64,000 bases of DNA from the human T2T-CHM13v2.0 reference genome, Homo sapiens. A program made the position numbers and the translations under genes. This document shows, piece after piece, positions 14,077 through 28,530 of the stretch. Below the pieces are notes generated by a model. The model was not told the DNA's origin. It ran no database searches and saw only the letters and a list, made by a program, of their open reading frames with translations. The stretch is taken from the NCBI RefSeq assembly GCF_009914755.1, contig NC_060935.1; one strand, given 5' to 3'. The first letter of the stretch is position 1, and each line of letters opens with the position of its first letter.

Positions 14077-16387
14077 CAGTGTTATTTGGAATCAGGAGAC
14101 ACCCTATATGAATGAGAAATAAAGGAACAGAACATTAAAGGCAGTAGAGATTGCAGTGAAAATAAAATGTTTATGTACATTATGTACTATTTCATTATAG
14201 CAATAATATGTGTTTCATGATTTTCCATAATGAAAGCATGAACTTAACAACAAGATTTAGTGGATTAATTATCAATAGAGCCCTAGACTGTTGACTGAAG
14301 GATCCATAGAGGTCATCTCTCCAGTGTTTAATTTTTATATATTTACAAACTGAGATCTGGAAAAATTTGTGAATTATCCAATATGATAATTCTGGAATTA
14401 ACAAATCAGCCAGTTCAACTTTTCCTAGTCTAATAAATTCATAGACTTCTACGTTGCCAATGTGCCCAGAGCTAGATATTTTTACATCTATATTCCTTGA
14501 TTCCTCTCAATAAATTTATAAAATTGAGTAGTTGTTACTTTCATTTAGATTGTGAGGCACCAGAGGTTAAGTGTTTTATTCATGTTTACAGAATTATTCA
14601 TTGGCAGGCAAAGCTTTGACTCCAGACAGAATTGTTACCAAATTTGATTGACTAAATTGCATTTAAATAAAACTGAATTTAACTCAATTTACAATTATTC
14701 ATTTTCTCTATTATTTCAAACTCAGTGTTTGTGATTTCACAGTGAATTAACTTAAAGATACATGCATAGTAGATGTGGTGAGATAACTGGGGCAGTAGAA
14801 GAATGTGTAAACCGCAGAGGTGATGCTGAGGGACTGGAGGGCATAGCACTATGTATGGAGCTTGGGCTCTGGGAAGAGGTGCACGTCATTTCTACATGTA
14901 CAACCTAAGAATCACTGGTCCTAACCTAACTACCTGAACAAGAATTTCTTCATCTACATAAAGAAGGTGGTAATGAGGCCTACCCCAAGGTATTATTTGG
15001 AGAATGAAATGAGAGAGTGCATTAAAAAAAGTCAATGAGTAAAATGCTGATTGTTTAGCACAGCCTGATGAGTGCTAGTTGTGCTTCTATTATTGGAATG
15101 AAATGATAGCCTTTATGTGGTTTGAGAAGATAGGTGGCAACATGCAGAGCTTCAAGTATGGATAATGCTTGAAGTCTTAAGTATCCCACTTTATTTTGCT
15201 TTTTTTCCCCACACACCAGGTTCATGAGATTTTATGTGCCCCCACCCCAGTGATTTACACTTAGTTCATGCTCTGCCCATATGATTGGCTGCTCTGTTCA
15301 TTCCGTGTGAGCCATTCTTTTGTTTAATATTTTTTTCTTGGAATCCACAATTTTCTTGAGTTGAAAATTTCTTTTTCTCATTACTGGCATCCTTATAATT
15401 GAATCACATATATTGATGGCTGAAAGTTCATAGTTTGTGGATTACCTTTAGCCTGCAGTTGTGTTTTGGTGGAAAGTTTATGTTTAAAATGTTTTTATTT
15501 GAATCTGTCCTAGTGTATGAACAGTATTTTAAGTCTTTTTTATTTTAATTTAAAGCTTTTGGAAGCATTTCCATCATTTGCTAAATTCTATTCCCTATTA
15601 TTGTCCTCCTATTCCTTTACAACTTCAATGTACAACCCTAGCCCAGGAGGGTTTTATGTTTGTCCATCTTAACGCACATCCCACTTTTAGCATATACTAT
15701 GTTCCAAAATATAGGATAAGAGCTTTATACATAGCCGTGTGTGTGATTGTGTTTGTGTTTGCAAGCCTGTTCTTAGTTATCAACGAGGCAATTGATAATT
15801 CTTGAAGTTATGTGATATTGTACAATTCTACAGCTAGTATAAGGAAGATTTTAAGATTCAAGATTTAAACCCAGTTTTATCATAATCAAAAGCCTGTTCT
15901 TTTAGCCACATCACTCTCAACATGTTTAGATATGCTAATAATAATAAGGATGAGATTATGGGATTATAGGAAAAATGTTAAAATTCAGATATTCAAATGT
16001 TAAAATGTTCAGATATTGCTAATTCACTTAGGTTCTTTTGTAGTTCAAAGTAGGATCATTTCATTCTGTATTATTTATTTAATCTCCAATGAGAAGCCAA
16101 TGGATAGTGAACAAATTGAAATTACTATCTATTCAATCAGAACATCACCTATATGATTTTTTGTTAATATTTTTAGAAAGCAACCTTAGGATGTTTTATA
16201 AGTATCACCAAACTCTCTATTGATGGAATTTTAATATTTATACCCTAGCTTCACCTCAGTGTTTTAGAAAAATGTTCAAAATCTATATTTCTGTGCTCAA
16301 ATAACTCATAGTATGTTATATTTGCCCCATTATTTTTTCAGGAATTAAATTTTTTACTAATAGTATACATTGAATATAGAAGCTTAT

Positions 16388-16559
16388 CTTGTTCCTTGAA
16401 AACAAGGAACAGCCACTCCTGAATAGCGTGTTTGAAATCAGAAATTCTTCCATGAAATAACGTAAATATTGTTTGAGAAAGTCTCTTGCAGGTAGGTTCT
16501 TCAAGAGGTTCTAAGGACTCTTAGACTAAGAACCTCCTCTTCAAGAGGTTTTAAGGACT
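16388..16559 (-). other. Putative 5'UTR exon of OR unit 1 (donor mutated GT to AT)
   Basis: Acceptor ctttccctgccttag; donor caag|ATAAGCT versus aag|GTAAGC in paralogues at 21815, 31212, 38771. Confidence 0.5.
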
Positions 16560-16939
16560 CTAAGGCAGGGAAAGATGGAGGAAAGACACTAATACACATC
16601 CAGGTCATGATTCTATCCTTCCTTCTTTCTATGTCCTTAAGGAGTTATTTATATCCTCCTTATTTGTAAAATAAAGATTATAAAATTACATCTTCCATAT
16701 AATACAAATAATTATGTTTGTAAATAGCAAATAAAAGGTCTCCAAAACAACTTGCTAAGTGGTTATTATTTTTGTTGCTTAATATAATTTTAATTTTGGT
16801 GTGTGTGTGTGCATTTTTTGTTCCTAACTATAGTAGTAACCTCATAATAAATCTTCACGGCAGAAGAAGACCTGTTTGTACTAACACATATTAAGATTCA
16901 GACGAATAAATGATGACGAAGGACCATCACACAGCCTGG

Positions 16940-17120
16940 TATCTCTAAAATAAAGTTACCTGGAGTCATGTTGACTTTCAGAGGCTAATGCTAATGAACC
17001 AGCAGGGAATTATGGAGACATGGAACTCTCTGGTGATGTCCCTCATGAGGGCATCTATAGCTCCTCATCCACTCTCCCAGGGAAGAAGCAATTTAACTAC
17101 CTGTGGGAATTAAGCAGGAT
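16940..17120 (-). promoter_or_regulatory. Putative OR promoter, unit 1 (homeodomain and O/E sites)
   Basis: TAATG 16986, TAATGA 16992, TCTCTGGTGA 17027, palindrome CCCTCATGAGGG 17040-17051, CTCCCAGGGA 17074; paralogous to four other blocks. Confidence 0.65.
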
Positions 17121-17149
17121 ATTTTGACTGTTCACACATATGTTTGTAT

Positions 17150-17530
17150 TAGTTTCTTTTTCATTTTTAATCAATGTATATTTTACAAACATTAACATGT
17201 GTATATTTAAAGTACAGTTCTAAAAATTTGCTCATAACATGAATGGTTATGTATTCATGTAACCATTAACATGATCATGCATAATAAATAACCTCAAGCT
17301 TCTTGGTTGTCAAACCATTCTCCCACCCACCGCACATGGCAAACACAATCTTTTTGTGTACATAATTTTATTTTTGCAAGAATATACTTAACTAGAATCC
17401 TAGAATATGTAATCTTTGGTTCTGGCACCTTTCATTTAGCATAGCAAACATATTGGAGGTCTATCCATACTGTTACCTGTAACAGTAGTAGTATATTTTT
17501 GTTAATTGACAAATTATAGATGCAAATTAT
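17150..17530 (-). mobile_element. Old L1MC/ME 3' fragment
   Basis: tttaaagtacagttc...gtaaccatta...tagaatcctagaatatgta...tttagcatag; paralogous copy at about 39480-40130. Confidence 0.6.
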
Positions 17531-17542
17531 AGAAGTAAATAA

Positions 17543-17763
17543 CTTCTTCACATGTCAGCAGGAAAGAGAGAGCGAAGGGGTAAGAGCCCCTTATAAAATC
17601 ATCAGACCTCATGGGAACTCACTCACTATCATGAGAACATCATGGGGGAAACCACCTCCTGATCCAATCACTTCCCACAAGGTTTCTCCCTTGACACACA
17701 GGGATTATGGGGATTACAATTCGAGATGAGATTTGGGTGGGGACACAAAGCCAAACCATATCA
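17543..17763. mobile_element. Partial THE1/MSTA MaLR LTR
   Basis: ccccttataaaatcatcagacctc...actcactatcatgagaac...gagatttgggtggggacacaaagccaaaccatatca. Confidence 0.9.
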
Positions 17764-18294
17764 AGTATATACATTTTTTTCTTCAATTTAAGTTCCTAGA
17801 ACAGTAATTTGACTAAAGAAATAAATAACATTAGATAAATTTTTCTAATATTCTAATACCTCAATTAATTATTTTAAATACTTTTTATTAAAAACTAGTC
17901 AGATCCCATTCAACTCTGACAAATTTCTCACATACATTTGCTTCTGTTCATGAGCTTGTTTGTGCCCCTGTTAGGCACATATGTTTGCATTGATGGGTGA
18001 TAGAAAAAATGCAGTGGGACAAGGAAACAAATCAACTGCCATTAGAAAGGTTTTGACAAAAAGGACCCAAATGTTCTTATGCTTTTCCAGCAGTATTTTC
18101 GTTCATGTAATACATTCTGGACGTATTTTCTTTTTACTAGGCAGGTAAAAAGAAAGGTAAGGCTATTACCTTCTGAAGAAGTAAGGCTATCACAACTGGA
18201 ATTTAAATGCATTGTGAAAATGCAATGTGATTAATTTCATGGGGAAGTTCTGAAAAGAATGAAACTGGGTTATTGTGTACCCTACCACATTAAA

Positions 18295-19237
18295 TCACAG
18301 TTCTAAGAAAAATTTTGCCTTCTCAACCGCCTTTTTGAATGCATTCTTGACTTCTTTGCTCCTCAGGCTGTAGAACACAAGGTTCAGCATGGAGATGAAC
18401 ACAGCATAGAACAAGGATGCCATTTCATCTGTGTCCATGGAATGGCTGGAGCTAGGCTGTAAGTGCATAAAGATAGTAGTTCCATAGAAGATGGAGACTG
18501 CAATGAGGTGAGAGGCACAGGTGGACAAAGCTTTTAAGTGTCCCTGAGCTGAGTGCATCTTCAAGATGGTGATGAATATGAACAGGTAGGAGGTCAAGAT
18601 AACTAGAAGAGCCAAAAAGACATTGAAGCTTGACATAAAAACCAGAATCTTCTTGCTAATGTGTTTACCAGAGCAAGACACAGCCATGACTGGTGGAACA
18701 TCACAGAAAAGGTGATGGACAAGATTGGACTTACAGAAAGAGAGACTGAATATGTCCCCAATGCGGAGGGAGGCATTTAGAAAGCCACAGACATAGGAGC
18801 CTATGACCAGATGAGCACATACACTGGCTATCGTGGTGGTAGTGTAGTGTAGGGGTTTGCACACTGCTATATAGTGGTCATAGGCCATTGATGTCAACAG
18901 CGATATTTTCCACTGTGGCCAAGGCTACAAAAAAGAACATCTGAGCAGCACAAGCATTGTACGAGGAACTTAGCCTCCTACCCTCTAAGTAACCTAGCCC
19001 TGCTAGCCGTGACCCTGGGAGTGACAGTTAAGTATCCAAGCAGAGACAGGTTACTGAGGAAAAAGTACATGGGAATTGGAGACAAGAGTCCAGCAGGATC
19101 AACAGTATGATCTCCAGGTTCCTAGTCAGAATGAGGAGGTGGATGAGGATGAACAAGATAAAGAGGGGGATCTGAAGTTCTGTGGCATTGGTTAGACCTA
19201 CCAGGATGAAATCAGTAAACTTTGAGTTATTTTACAT
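18295..19237 (-). pseudogene. OR5B10P: Olfactory receptor subfamily 5B pseudogene (probably OR5B10P; OR5B2-like sequence)
   Basis: ATG TAA AAT AAC at the start, several indels across TM1-TM3, and an open C-terminal 200 codons (MAYDHY...KALSTCASH...SMLNLVFYSLR). Symbol from recalled gene order only. Confidence 0.85.
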
Positions 19238-20869
19238 GTGAATTAAAAAAATCTCTATTGTAATATGAAAAAAAGGAAGAGTTGGTAAATATATAAGACA
19301 TTGCACTTATAATGTAAAAAGTTTGTGTTCATGAGCATGCACACACACATACACATATATTCTGTTATTTCATCATTTCATTAAGGCCATAATTTTTTCT
19401 TCATGATTTTTTATTCTAAAGCATTAATTTGAGCAAAACGAAACATTTGGCTGATAAATTATTTATGTGGTCACAGACTGTTGAAATGAAGTATCCTCTC
19501 ACCACATGCACAAATTTCTACTTTTGTACATGAACAAACAGAGGTGTAGTGGTGCAGAAAAAGGCTATGATTTCTCAAAGATCACATATTTGCAACAAAT
19601 GCATCTCCCAAATCACATCACCTGAGTGTGTAAATAGTTAACATTTATAGCACTCATTCCAAGCATACACACACACACACACACACCACATGCTTAGTAT
19701 GTTCAATCTTGTTAATAAGCTGGTTAAAAGATTGAGTATTTTGTGCAAATTTACATGAGTATCAACTGACAGAGCAAGTTTTGAACCTGGGCAGAGTGAT
19801 TCTCAAGACCTATGCTCTTAACTGAAATTAAATTGAATTTATTTGAACTCAATTCACATTTACTTATTGTGTCTATTAGCCCATGCTTAGGGTGTCTAGT
19901 GAAGTAATATATGTAAATTAGGTGTGGTGGGATAATAGCTCAACAGTAGTAGAGACATATGCAACCAACAAAAGCAATTCTAATGAGAAGGTATGGCATT
20001 GAGTGTTAGAGTTTGGGCTCTCAGAAGAGGGGTATATACATTGAAGTAACAGCCCTACTATTTACTACTGGAAGACGTTGACACTAACATAACTTCTTTG
20101 AACCTCATTTTATCTATCTGTAAGATGAAGCCGGTGGTGGGATCTAACAAAATTAATTATTATAAGAGTTAAGTGAAATAATGCATAAAAACCAGTGAGC
20201 ACGATGTAGGTGTTTTGAAGCTTCAAACTTCACTCACACAATCTTTTGAGTGCTTGCTATGATAATATCATTAGGATGCAATGATGATCTTCATTTTGGT
20301 TTGGGAAAGCTGGGTGTGATATGCAGGACTTTCAGCTGTGGGTGAGTAGGAAGCCTGGGGGTCCCACTGTTGTATTTACTTTTCCTCACGCGGTAGGTTC
20401 ATTCAGTCTTCTCTGTGTTTCTCACTGTCCGTCAGCCATCCCACCTAGGAGCCCAGGTACCTTCTGCCTATTTTTGCTTAACTTTCCTTCCATTTCCATA
20501 TTTTGAAGTGTGTGCTTTCCCAAAACACATTTCTACTCTTTCTACTCGCATTCCTTAGATAAACTATAGATTTGAGGGGTTGAAAATTTATAGACTGGTG
20601 ATTTTATTCTAGCTGGCAGATAAGTGCTCATGGTAAACTGCATGTTTTTTGTTTTTTTAAATTTGAATTTGGATTCTTCAACAGGACATCCATTCTCTGT
20701 AATTAGTCTTCTCTACCATCTTCATCCTAGCCACTGTGCAACTTCATTTGACATTCCTGGTCCCTGGAAGCATTTGTGTTTGCCAATTTCCAAATAGTAT
20801 AGTATAACCTATAACTTTTTATAACACATGTTCTATTCTATGAACACTTATAAGAGAATTATAGATTTA

Positions 20870-21203
<334 letters not shown>

Positions 21204-22279
21204 TCACTTAATCTTCATAACAACATTATATATCAGTACTATTATCTATATTTTACAGATTAGGAAACTATTTGAGGAATTATACTACTTCCTAAAATTA
21301 CATATGTACTGTGAAGTAGATTCAAGGTTCAAATGTAGGTATGACTGATTTTGCAACCTGCACTTTGAACCGCAACATTGTCAGCTTTTCTAGACATAAA
21401 GAAAAGGGTGAGATTATGGTGTAAAGGAAACTAAAATGCATTATAAATTTAAGTAATTTTGTGAGGACTCACTGGGAGTCTAAAGAATGGTTAATTCAAA
21501 CTTCTGTTTTGATTTTCTTACAGTGACAGATCGACAGCTAATAACTAGGTTGGAATGACCACTACTCAATCACAGCACCATCTATCTAATGTTTTTGCTC
21601 ATTCTTTCAGGCACATGGTGTGGTGTTTCATGAATATCTGTGTACTTCCTACTAAAAGAAGTATTTTTGTCATTAAGACTCTAGTCCAACTATTTCAGGA
21701 AAATATTCATGACATCTTATTTTCAGCTGAAATAGATCATGGTAGTGCATCTTCCCTACTGTTTTACATGTAGTTCACATCTCACTAAAAATGTGTATGG
21801 AATATAGAAGCTTACCTTCCTCCTTGAGAAAAGGTGCTGGAAAACTTGGATTTTGATTAATTGACCTGAAACTGCCAGGGGAGAATGTATGAATTCTGTT
21901 AGAGACACTTTCTCTTGAATACGTCAAAGAGTGTTCTTGGAATTGTCACTTACCCTGTGTCAGCCTCAGTTTCCTCATTTGTGAAATAGACATATGATGA
22001 TTATTATGATTATTATTAAGACTTATGCATGTCTCAGAGAATTATGCAGAATTGTGCATTGGCTGTGAGAAGCAAATGAGGGAAGGTCTAAAAAACAACT
22101 CAGTAAAGTGTTTTCATATTAACTGAATTCAATATAATTTGTATCCTGGGATGTTTTCCCTGTCAATGGTTGCAGACTCAGAAAAACCCTTCCTTTGCAG
22201 GAAGACAAACATGTGTACTAACAACTATTCACATTCAGATAAGCAAATAAATGATGAAGAGATCACTTCAAACAGCCTG

Positions 22280-22460
22280 TTCCTTTCAAAATGAGGTCAA
22301 ACAATATCATATTGGCATTTTAGGAGCCAATGAATAGGGCCCAGGGGAGGGTTTTAGACACATGAGAATCTCAGGGGAACAGCTTTCCTTATGGAAGCAA
22401 CAGGTCCTTATTCCACTTATTCATAGAAGACGCAATTAAACTACCCATGAATACCTATCT
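22280..22460 (-). promoter_or_regulatory. Putative OR promoter, unit 2
   Basis: CAATGA 22328, GCCCAGGGGA 22339, TCTCAGGGGA 22369, CAATTA 22433. Confidence 0.6.
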
Positions 22461-22489
22461 TGTTTTTCTGAGCCAACACATAGATGTAT

Positions 22490-23005
22490 TTGCATTATTT
22501 GTTCTATTTTTTAAAAAAATTAAGGTATAATTTATATGCAGAAAATATAGTATACTTTTTTTGTGATTTGGGGCAAAAAAACATGATCACATAACCACTA
22601 CCACAATCCAGATTGAAACAAAAAAACAGCAGTTGTATCATACTCCCAAATTCCTTTCTGATCTTTTATAGTCAAATCCTCTTGCCACTCCCAACTCCTG
22701 GCAACCACTGAGTTTTGTCCTTGTAACCTGCCTTTTTAAAGAAATGCCACATAAATGGAATCTTATAGTATCTAGCCTTTGAGTTGGACTTTCACTTAGC
22801 AAAATACATAGATTAGATACATCCATTTTGTTGCATTATCAGTACTTTTTTTTCCTTTTTCATTCTTGAGCAGCATTCCATTGTATGATGGACCTAACAC
22901 AGAGAGTAATGTATCTAGTTTTCATTGATTACAATAAAATCTGTTATAAACATCTGCATACAGGTTTTTGTGTGAACATAGTTTTGCATTTCAAGTGAGT
23001 ATATG
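22490..23005 (-). mobile_element. Old L1M 3' fragment
   Basis: ataaatggaatcttatagtat...ctttcacttagcaaaatac...catacaggtttttgtgtgaacatagtttt. Confidence 0.7.
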
Positions 23006-23014
23006 ACTTATACA

Positions 23015-23917
23015 TGGGGGCAGGTGTGAGGAGAGGGGCTGGTCAGGGCTCTATGCTTTTGGCTGTGTGCATGGTGTGGGCTTCCTGGACCCCAGAAAGG
23101 TGTTGAGACCAAGTCAGGAAAGGACCAAGAAGATGGACCCCATCTCAAAGTGCCTATTGGAGTTGACTTGAAGGACAGTGAATCACATTTCAGTCATGGG
23201 GATGGCTTCCAGAACGTGTGCACCCACCTCAGATGGTGTGTTGACCAGTCCAGCCTCTCCTGTGCCCTGTAGCTATTGCTGGAGGGGCTGTGTGTGCTGG
23301 TGGTAGAGGTGCACTACCATCCTCACTTGGGGGACAGTTCAGTGCCTTTACCAAATGTCACTTCACCTGTCTTTGGTGAGGGCAGGGATGGAGTGGGGTG
23401 GGGGGATCTCAGCCAGACTCGTTTTAGAACATGGTCATCAAACTGAGAACCAGAGAGGCTGTAGATGAATTCAGGAAGGTCCCTCCTTCCTTCATGTCAA
23501 TAATAGGCTGAGTAGGGATGTCCGGGAATGGCCTTCCCATTTCTTTTTTCCCAGGATGCACAACAGCTACATACCCCAGGTAGGGAGTACAGTCACTCCC
23601 TTAATGTTTAAGGTGTTCTTTCTGTGGTTCAGCTGAGAAAGACCACAGGAGACAGTTTGTCCAGTGCCCTCAGTGCACATGAAGATGCCATTCTCATACA
23701 CAGCACCCCCAGGGTCGATGGTGAGCAGAGGCATGCGGTAGTAGCACATGTTCTCATTGAGATTGAAATTTCCTCCCTGCACCAAGGTGCTGGCTGAGAT
23801 GATCTTTGTGCCTTCAGGGTCCCACACCACCACATCAGTATTGGCTCCAGAGATGATGAGGCCCTTGTGGGAATACAGGCTGAGAACAAAACAGTTCTCA
23901 TCCATCATCCTCTAACT
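23015..23917 (-). pseudogene. Processed pseudogene fragment of DPYSL5 (CRMP5): C-terminal coding region and part of the 3'UTR
   Basis: MDENCFV...KGLIISGANTDVVVWDPEGTKIISASTLVQGGNFNLNENM...VYENGIFMCTEGTG matches recalled CRMP5 (DADVVVWDPEATKTISASTQVQGGDFNLYENM...VYENGVFMCAEGTG). It continues with frameshifts through KKEMG...SLSGSQFDDHV to IW-stop at 23348-23350. No introns; GC-richer than the flanks. Confidence 0.85.
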
Positions 23918-25066
23918 GGGTTTGGAGCATAATCCTGAAATACATAGTTTTGAATGCCATAATGCCCAATGTGTAAATCCCCAAAGATCAAAATCTCTAA
24001 ACTGAAAGTGGGAAAACTAAATAGGAAATACTCATGTCAGTATATAGTGAATCATAGAAGAATTTCAGAAAGACCAGGACCAAGTAGAAAATGAATGTGA
24101 ACATATGCTCTGAGGAGAACTATGTCCCAAAAGAAAAAGAAAAGCAGCTATTCATTGTGATACAAAACTTCAAAATACAGCTAATGAAGATAAAAATTGG
24201 CTAGCTCTTACACACTGTCTTCCATGCAATTGTCCATAATCTATCCCTGTGATACACTTTTTCACGTCAAATTTTCTTCTTAGTTTTTTTTCTTTTGTTC
24301 TTTTTAGTTATTTTTCACTATTTTAACTTGTCAGCATTATTTTTACAATTTGAAGTGCTATAAGCTTCATCTTCACATCATTTCCAATATTGGAGGTATA
24401 AATCATGTATGGACTTTTCAAGAGTTCTTATTCATTTTATGCATTTTTTTTTGCGAATGTGACCCCATGAGAATGCATTATCACAGTTTTGACTTTGTGT
24501 GTAAGCATTGTGTGCGTACATAAAAATGTCAAAACTTTCTCAATGAGTAGAGATTTCCTTTTTGTACATCTGCATTTGTGAAAGATAAGATTTCTTGAGA
24601 TGTTGGCTTTTTGAGTCATTGCAGCCTATGCAGTGGTGACCCATTGTGTTTTTGATTTATCTCATCAAAAGACTTAGGTTGTTCCTCATGATATTTCAGA
24701 TGACTGCAGTTATAAAGCTGGGTGCACACAATTACCAAAGTAATATGTATTTTTACATTTCCATCTTTGGTCTATTTTTATGAATATGAATCTGTTATGT
24801 TAGACCCATGCAATTGTCGTTAGTGTACCTGAGTCACAAAAATGTGTGGCTATTGCCTGCTTTTTTGTGTGTAAAGTGGCCTACGAAATGTCACTTTGTA
24901 AGGTTTCTTGAATAACCTTCTCTTTAAAAAATGTAAATAAACATCTTTTTAAAAGTTGTAAAATTATTTTTCCAGAATTATTTTTCTGGGATTTTGATCT
25001 TTTGGGATTTCAACATTCGGGATTATGGCATTGGGATTGTGTCTTTTGGAATTATGATCAGCTCCC
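23918..25066. mobile_element. Ricksha-type non-autonomous MuDR/MULE DNA transposon
   Basis: About 80-bp imperfect terminal inverted repeats: gggtttggagcataatcc...gccataat...aaagatcaaaatc (left) and gattttgatcttt...attatggc...attatgatcagctccc (right). Confidence 0.8.
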
Positions 25067-25099
25067 CCGCAATCCCTCTTCTCTTGGTGCTCTACACAT

Positions 25100-27115
<2,016 letters not shown>

Positions 27116-27530
27116 GATGTCTTTGATAGTCATAGGCTAAGTTTAAAAAAAAAAGAATTATCTCTGCCTTTTAATTCTAATATATTATTATTCTAATATA
27201 GTTATTTACCATTTATAAATTGTCATATGAACAAGCTGTACCAAATACCTAAAATTATTAATGCCTGAAATATTAGTTTATTAAGAAACAGTAATGACTC
27301 ATAGTTGGCTAAAATATGACAAGAGACAACACATATTTCATTAAACTCCATGAGAAATTGTCATCGTATTTTTCTAACTCGTGGATACTTAGAACTGTTT
27401 CTCAACTAAAGACAAAAATAATATTAGATGAAATTTTACATTCTATATACCATATAGCATTTTAACATTTGAGTTATTGTATAAAGTAGATCTAAGTGAG
27501 ATAAAATAACATTGTGATGATTTTGCATCA

Positions 27531-28475
27531 TTAAAAGACTGAATCTAGAGAATATTTTGCCTTCTCAACAACCTTCATGAATGCATTCTTCACGTCTTTG
27601 TTCCTCAGGGTATAGACTATAGGACTGAGCATGGGGATGATCATAGTGTAGAACACAGATGCAATTTTGTCTGTGTCCATGGAATGACTGGAACTTGGTC
27701 GTATGTACATGATGATGACAGTTATATAAAATAAGAAAATGGCAATGAGGTGAGAACCACAGGTAGATAAAGGCTTCTGGTATCCCTTACCTGTGTGCCT
27801 CTTAAGAATGGTGATCAATATGAACAGATAGGAAATCAAGGTAACAAGAAGTGCAAAAAAGACATTAAAACTTGATATAAGAACAAGAATCAACTCACTA
27901 ATGTGTTTCTCAGAGCAGGTCAGAGTAATGACTGCTGGTTTGTCACAGAAAAAGTGATGAATCACATTGGACATGCAGAAAGAGAGGCGAAATGTATCTC
28001 CAATTTGGATAGAAGCATTCAGAAAACCAATGACATAACAGCCTATAGCCAGACAAGCACACACACGTGTTGTCATGGTGGTGGTATAATGTAGGGGGTT
28101 ACACACTGCTGCGTAGCGGTCATAGGCCATTGAGGACAAGAGGTAATTTTCCACAGTGGCAAAGACTGCACAAAAGAACATCTGAGCAGCACAGGCACTG
28201 TAGGAGATGGCTTTGTCTTCTATAAGCAACCCAGTTAAAACCTTTGGAGTGACAGCTGAGGAGTAACCAATGCCTGCAAGAGACAGGTTACTGAGAAAAA
28301 AGTACATGGGAGTGTGGAGATGAGAGTCCAGCAGGATTAATATGATCATCCCCAGGTTCCCAGTCAGAGTGATGAGGTAGATGAGGGTAAACATGATAAA
28401 GAGGGGAACCTGTAGTTCTGGGGCATTGGTTAGACCAAGCAGGATGAATTCACTCACCTCTGTATTATTCTCCAT
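27531..28475 (-). CDS. OR5B17: Olfactory receptor 5B17, intact 314-aa 7TM GPCR
   Basis: [16 protein letters not shown]...[13 protein letters not shown]...[15 protein letters not shown]...HFFCD...STCGSH...KYSLDSVF matches the recalled OR5B17 protein; 945 bp. A splice acceptor at 28504-28505 makes the ORF-track N-terminal extension intronic. Confidence 0.95.
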   Translation of the reverse strand: MENNTEVSEFILLGLTNAPELQVPLFIMFTLIYLITLTGNLGMIILILLDSHLHTPMYFFLSNLSLAGIGYSSAVTPKVLTGLLIEDKAISYSACAAQMFFCAVFATVENYLLSSMAYDRYAAVCNPLHYTTTMTTRVCACLAIGCYVIGFLNASIQIGDTFRLSFCMSNVIHHFFCDKPAVITLTCSEKHISELILVLISSFNVFFALLVTLISYLFILITILKRHTGKGYQKPLSTCGSHLIAIFLFYITVIIMYIRPSSSHSMDTDKIASVFYTMIIPMLSPIVYTLRNKDVKNAFMKVVEKAKYSLDSVF

Positions 28476-28503
28476 GGATGTTATTTTAGAATCACAAGAT
28501 ACT

Positions 28504-28530
28504 CTGTAGCAAGGAGAGATAAAAAAGAAA
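28504..28530 (-). other. Splice acceptor of the OR5B17 coding exon
   Basis: ttttatctctccttgctacag|; the same site is conserved at about 14104, 36196 and 57894. Confidence 0.75.

Noticed and set aside
23015-25066. Pack-MULE-style capture of DPYSL5 by Ricksha
   Set aside because: The gene fragment lies outside the TIRs and is intronless, which indicates retroposition followed by transposon insertion.
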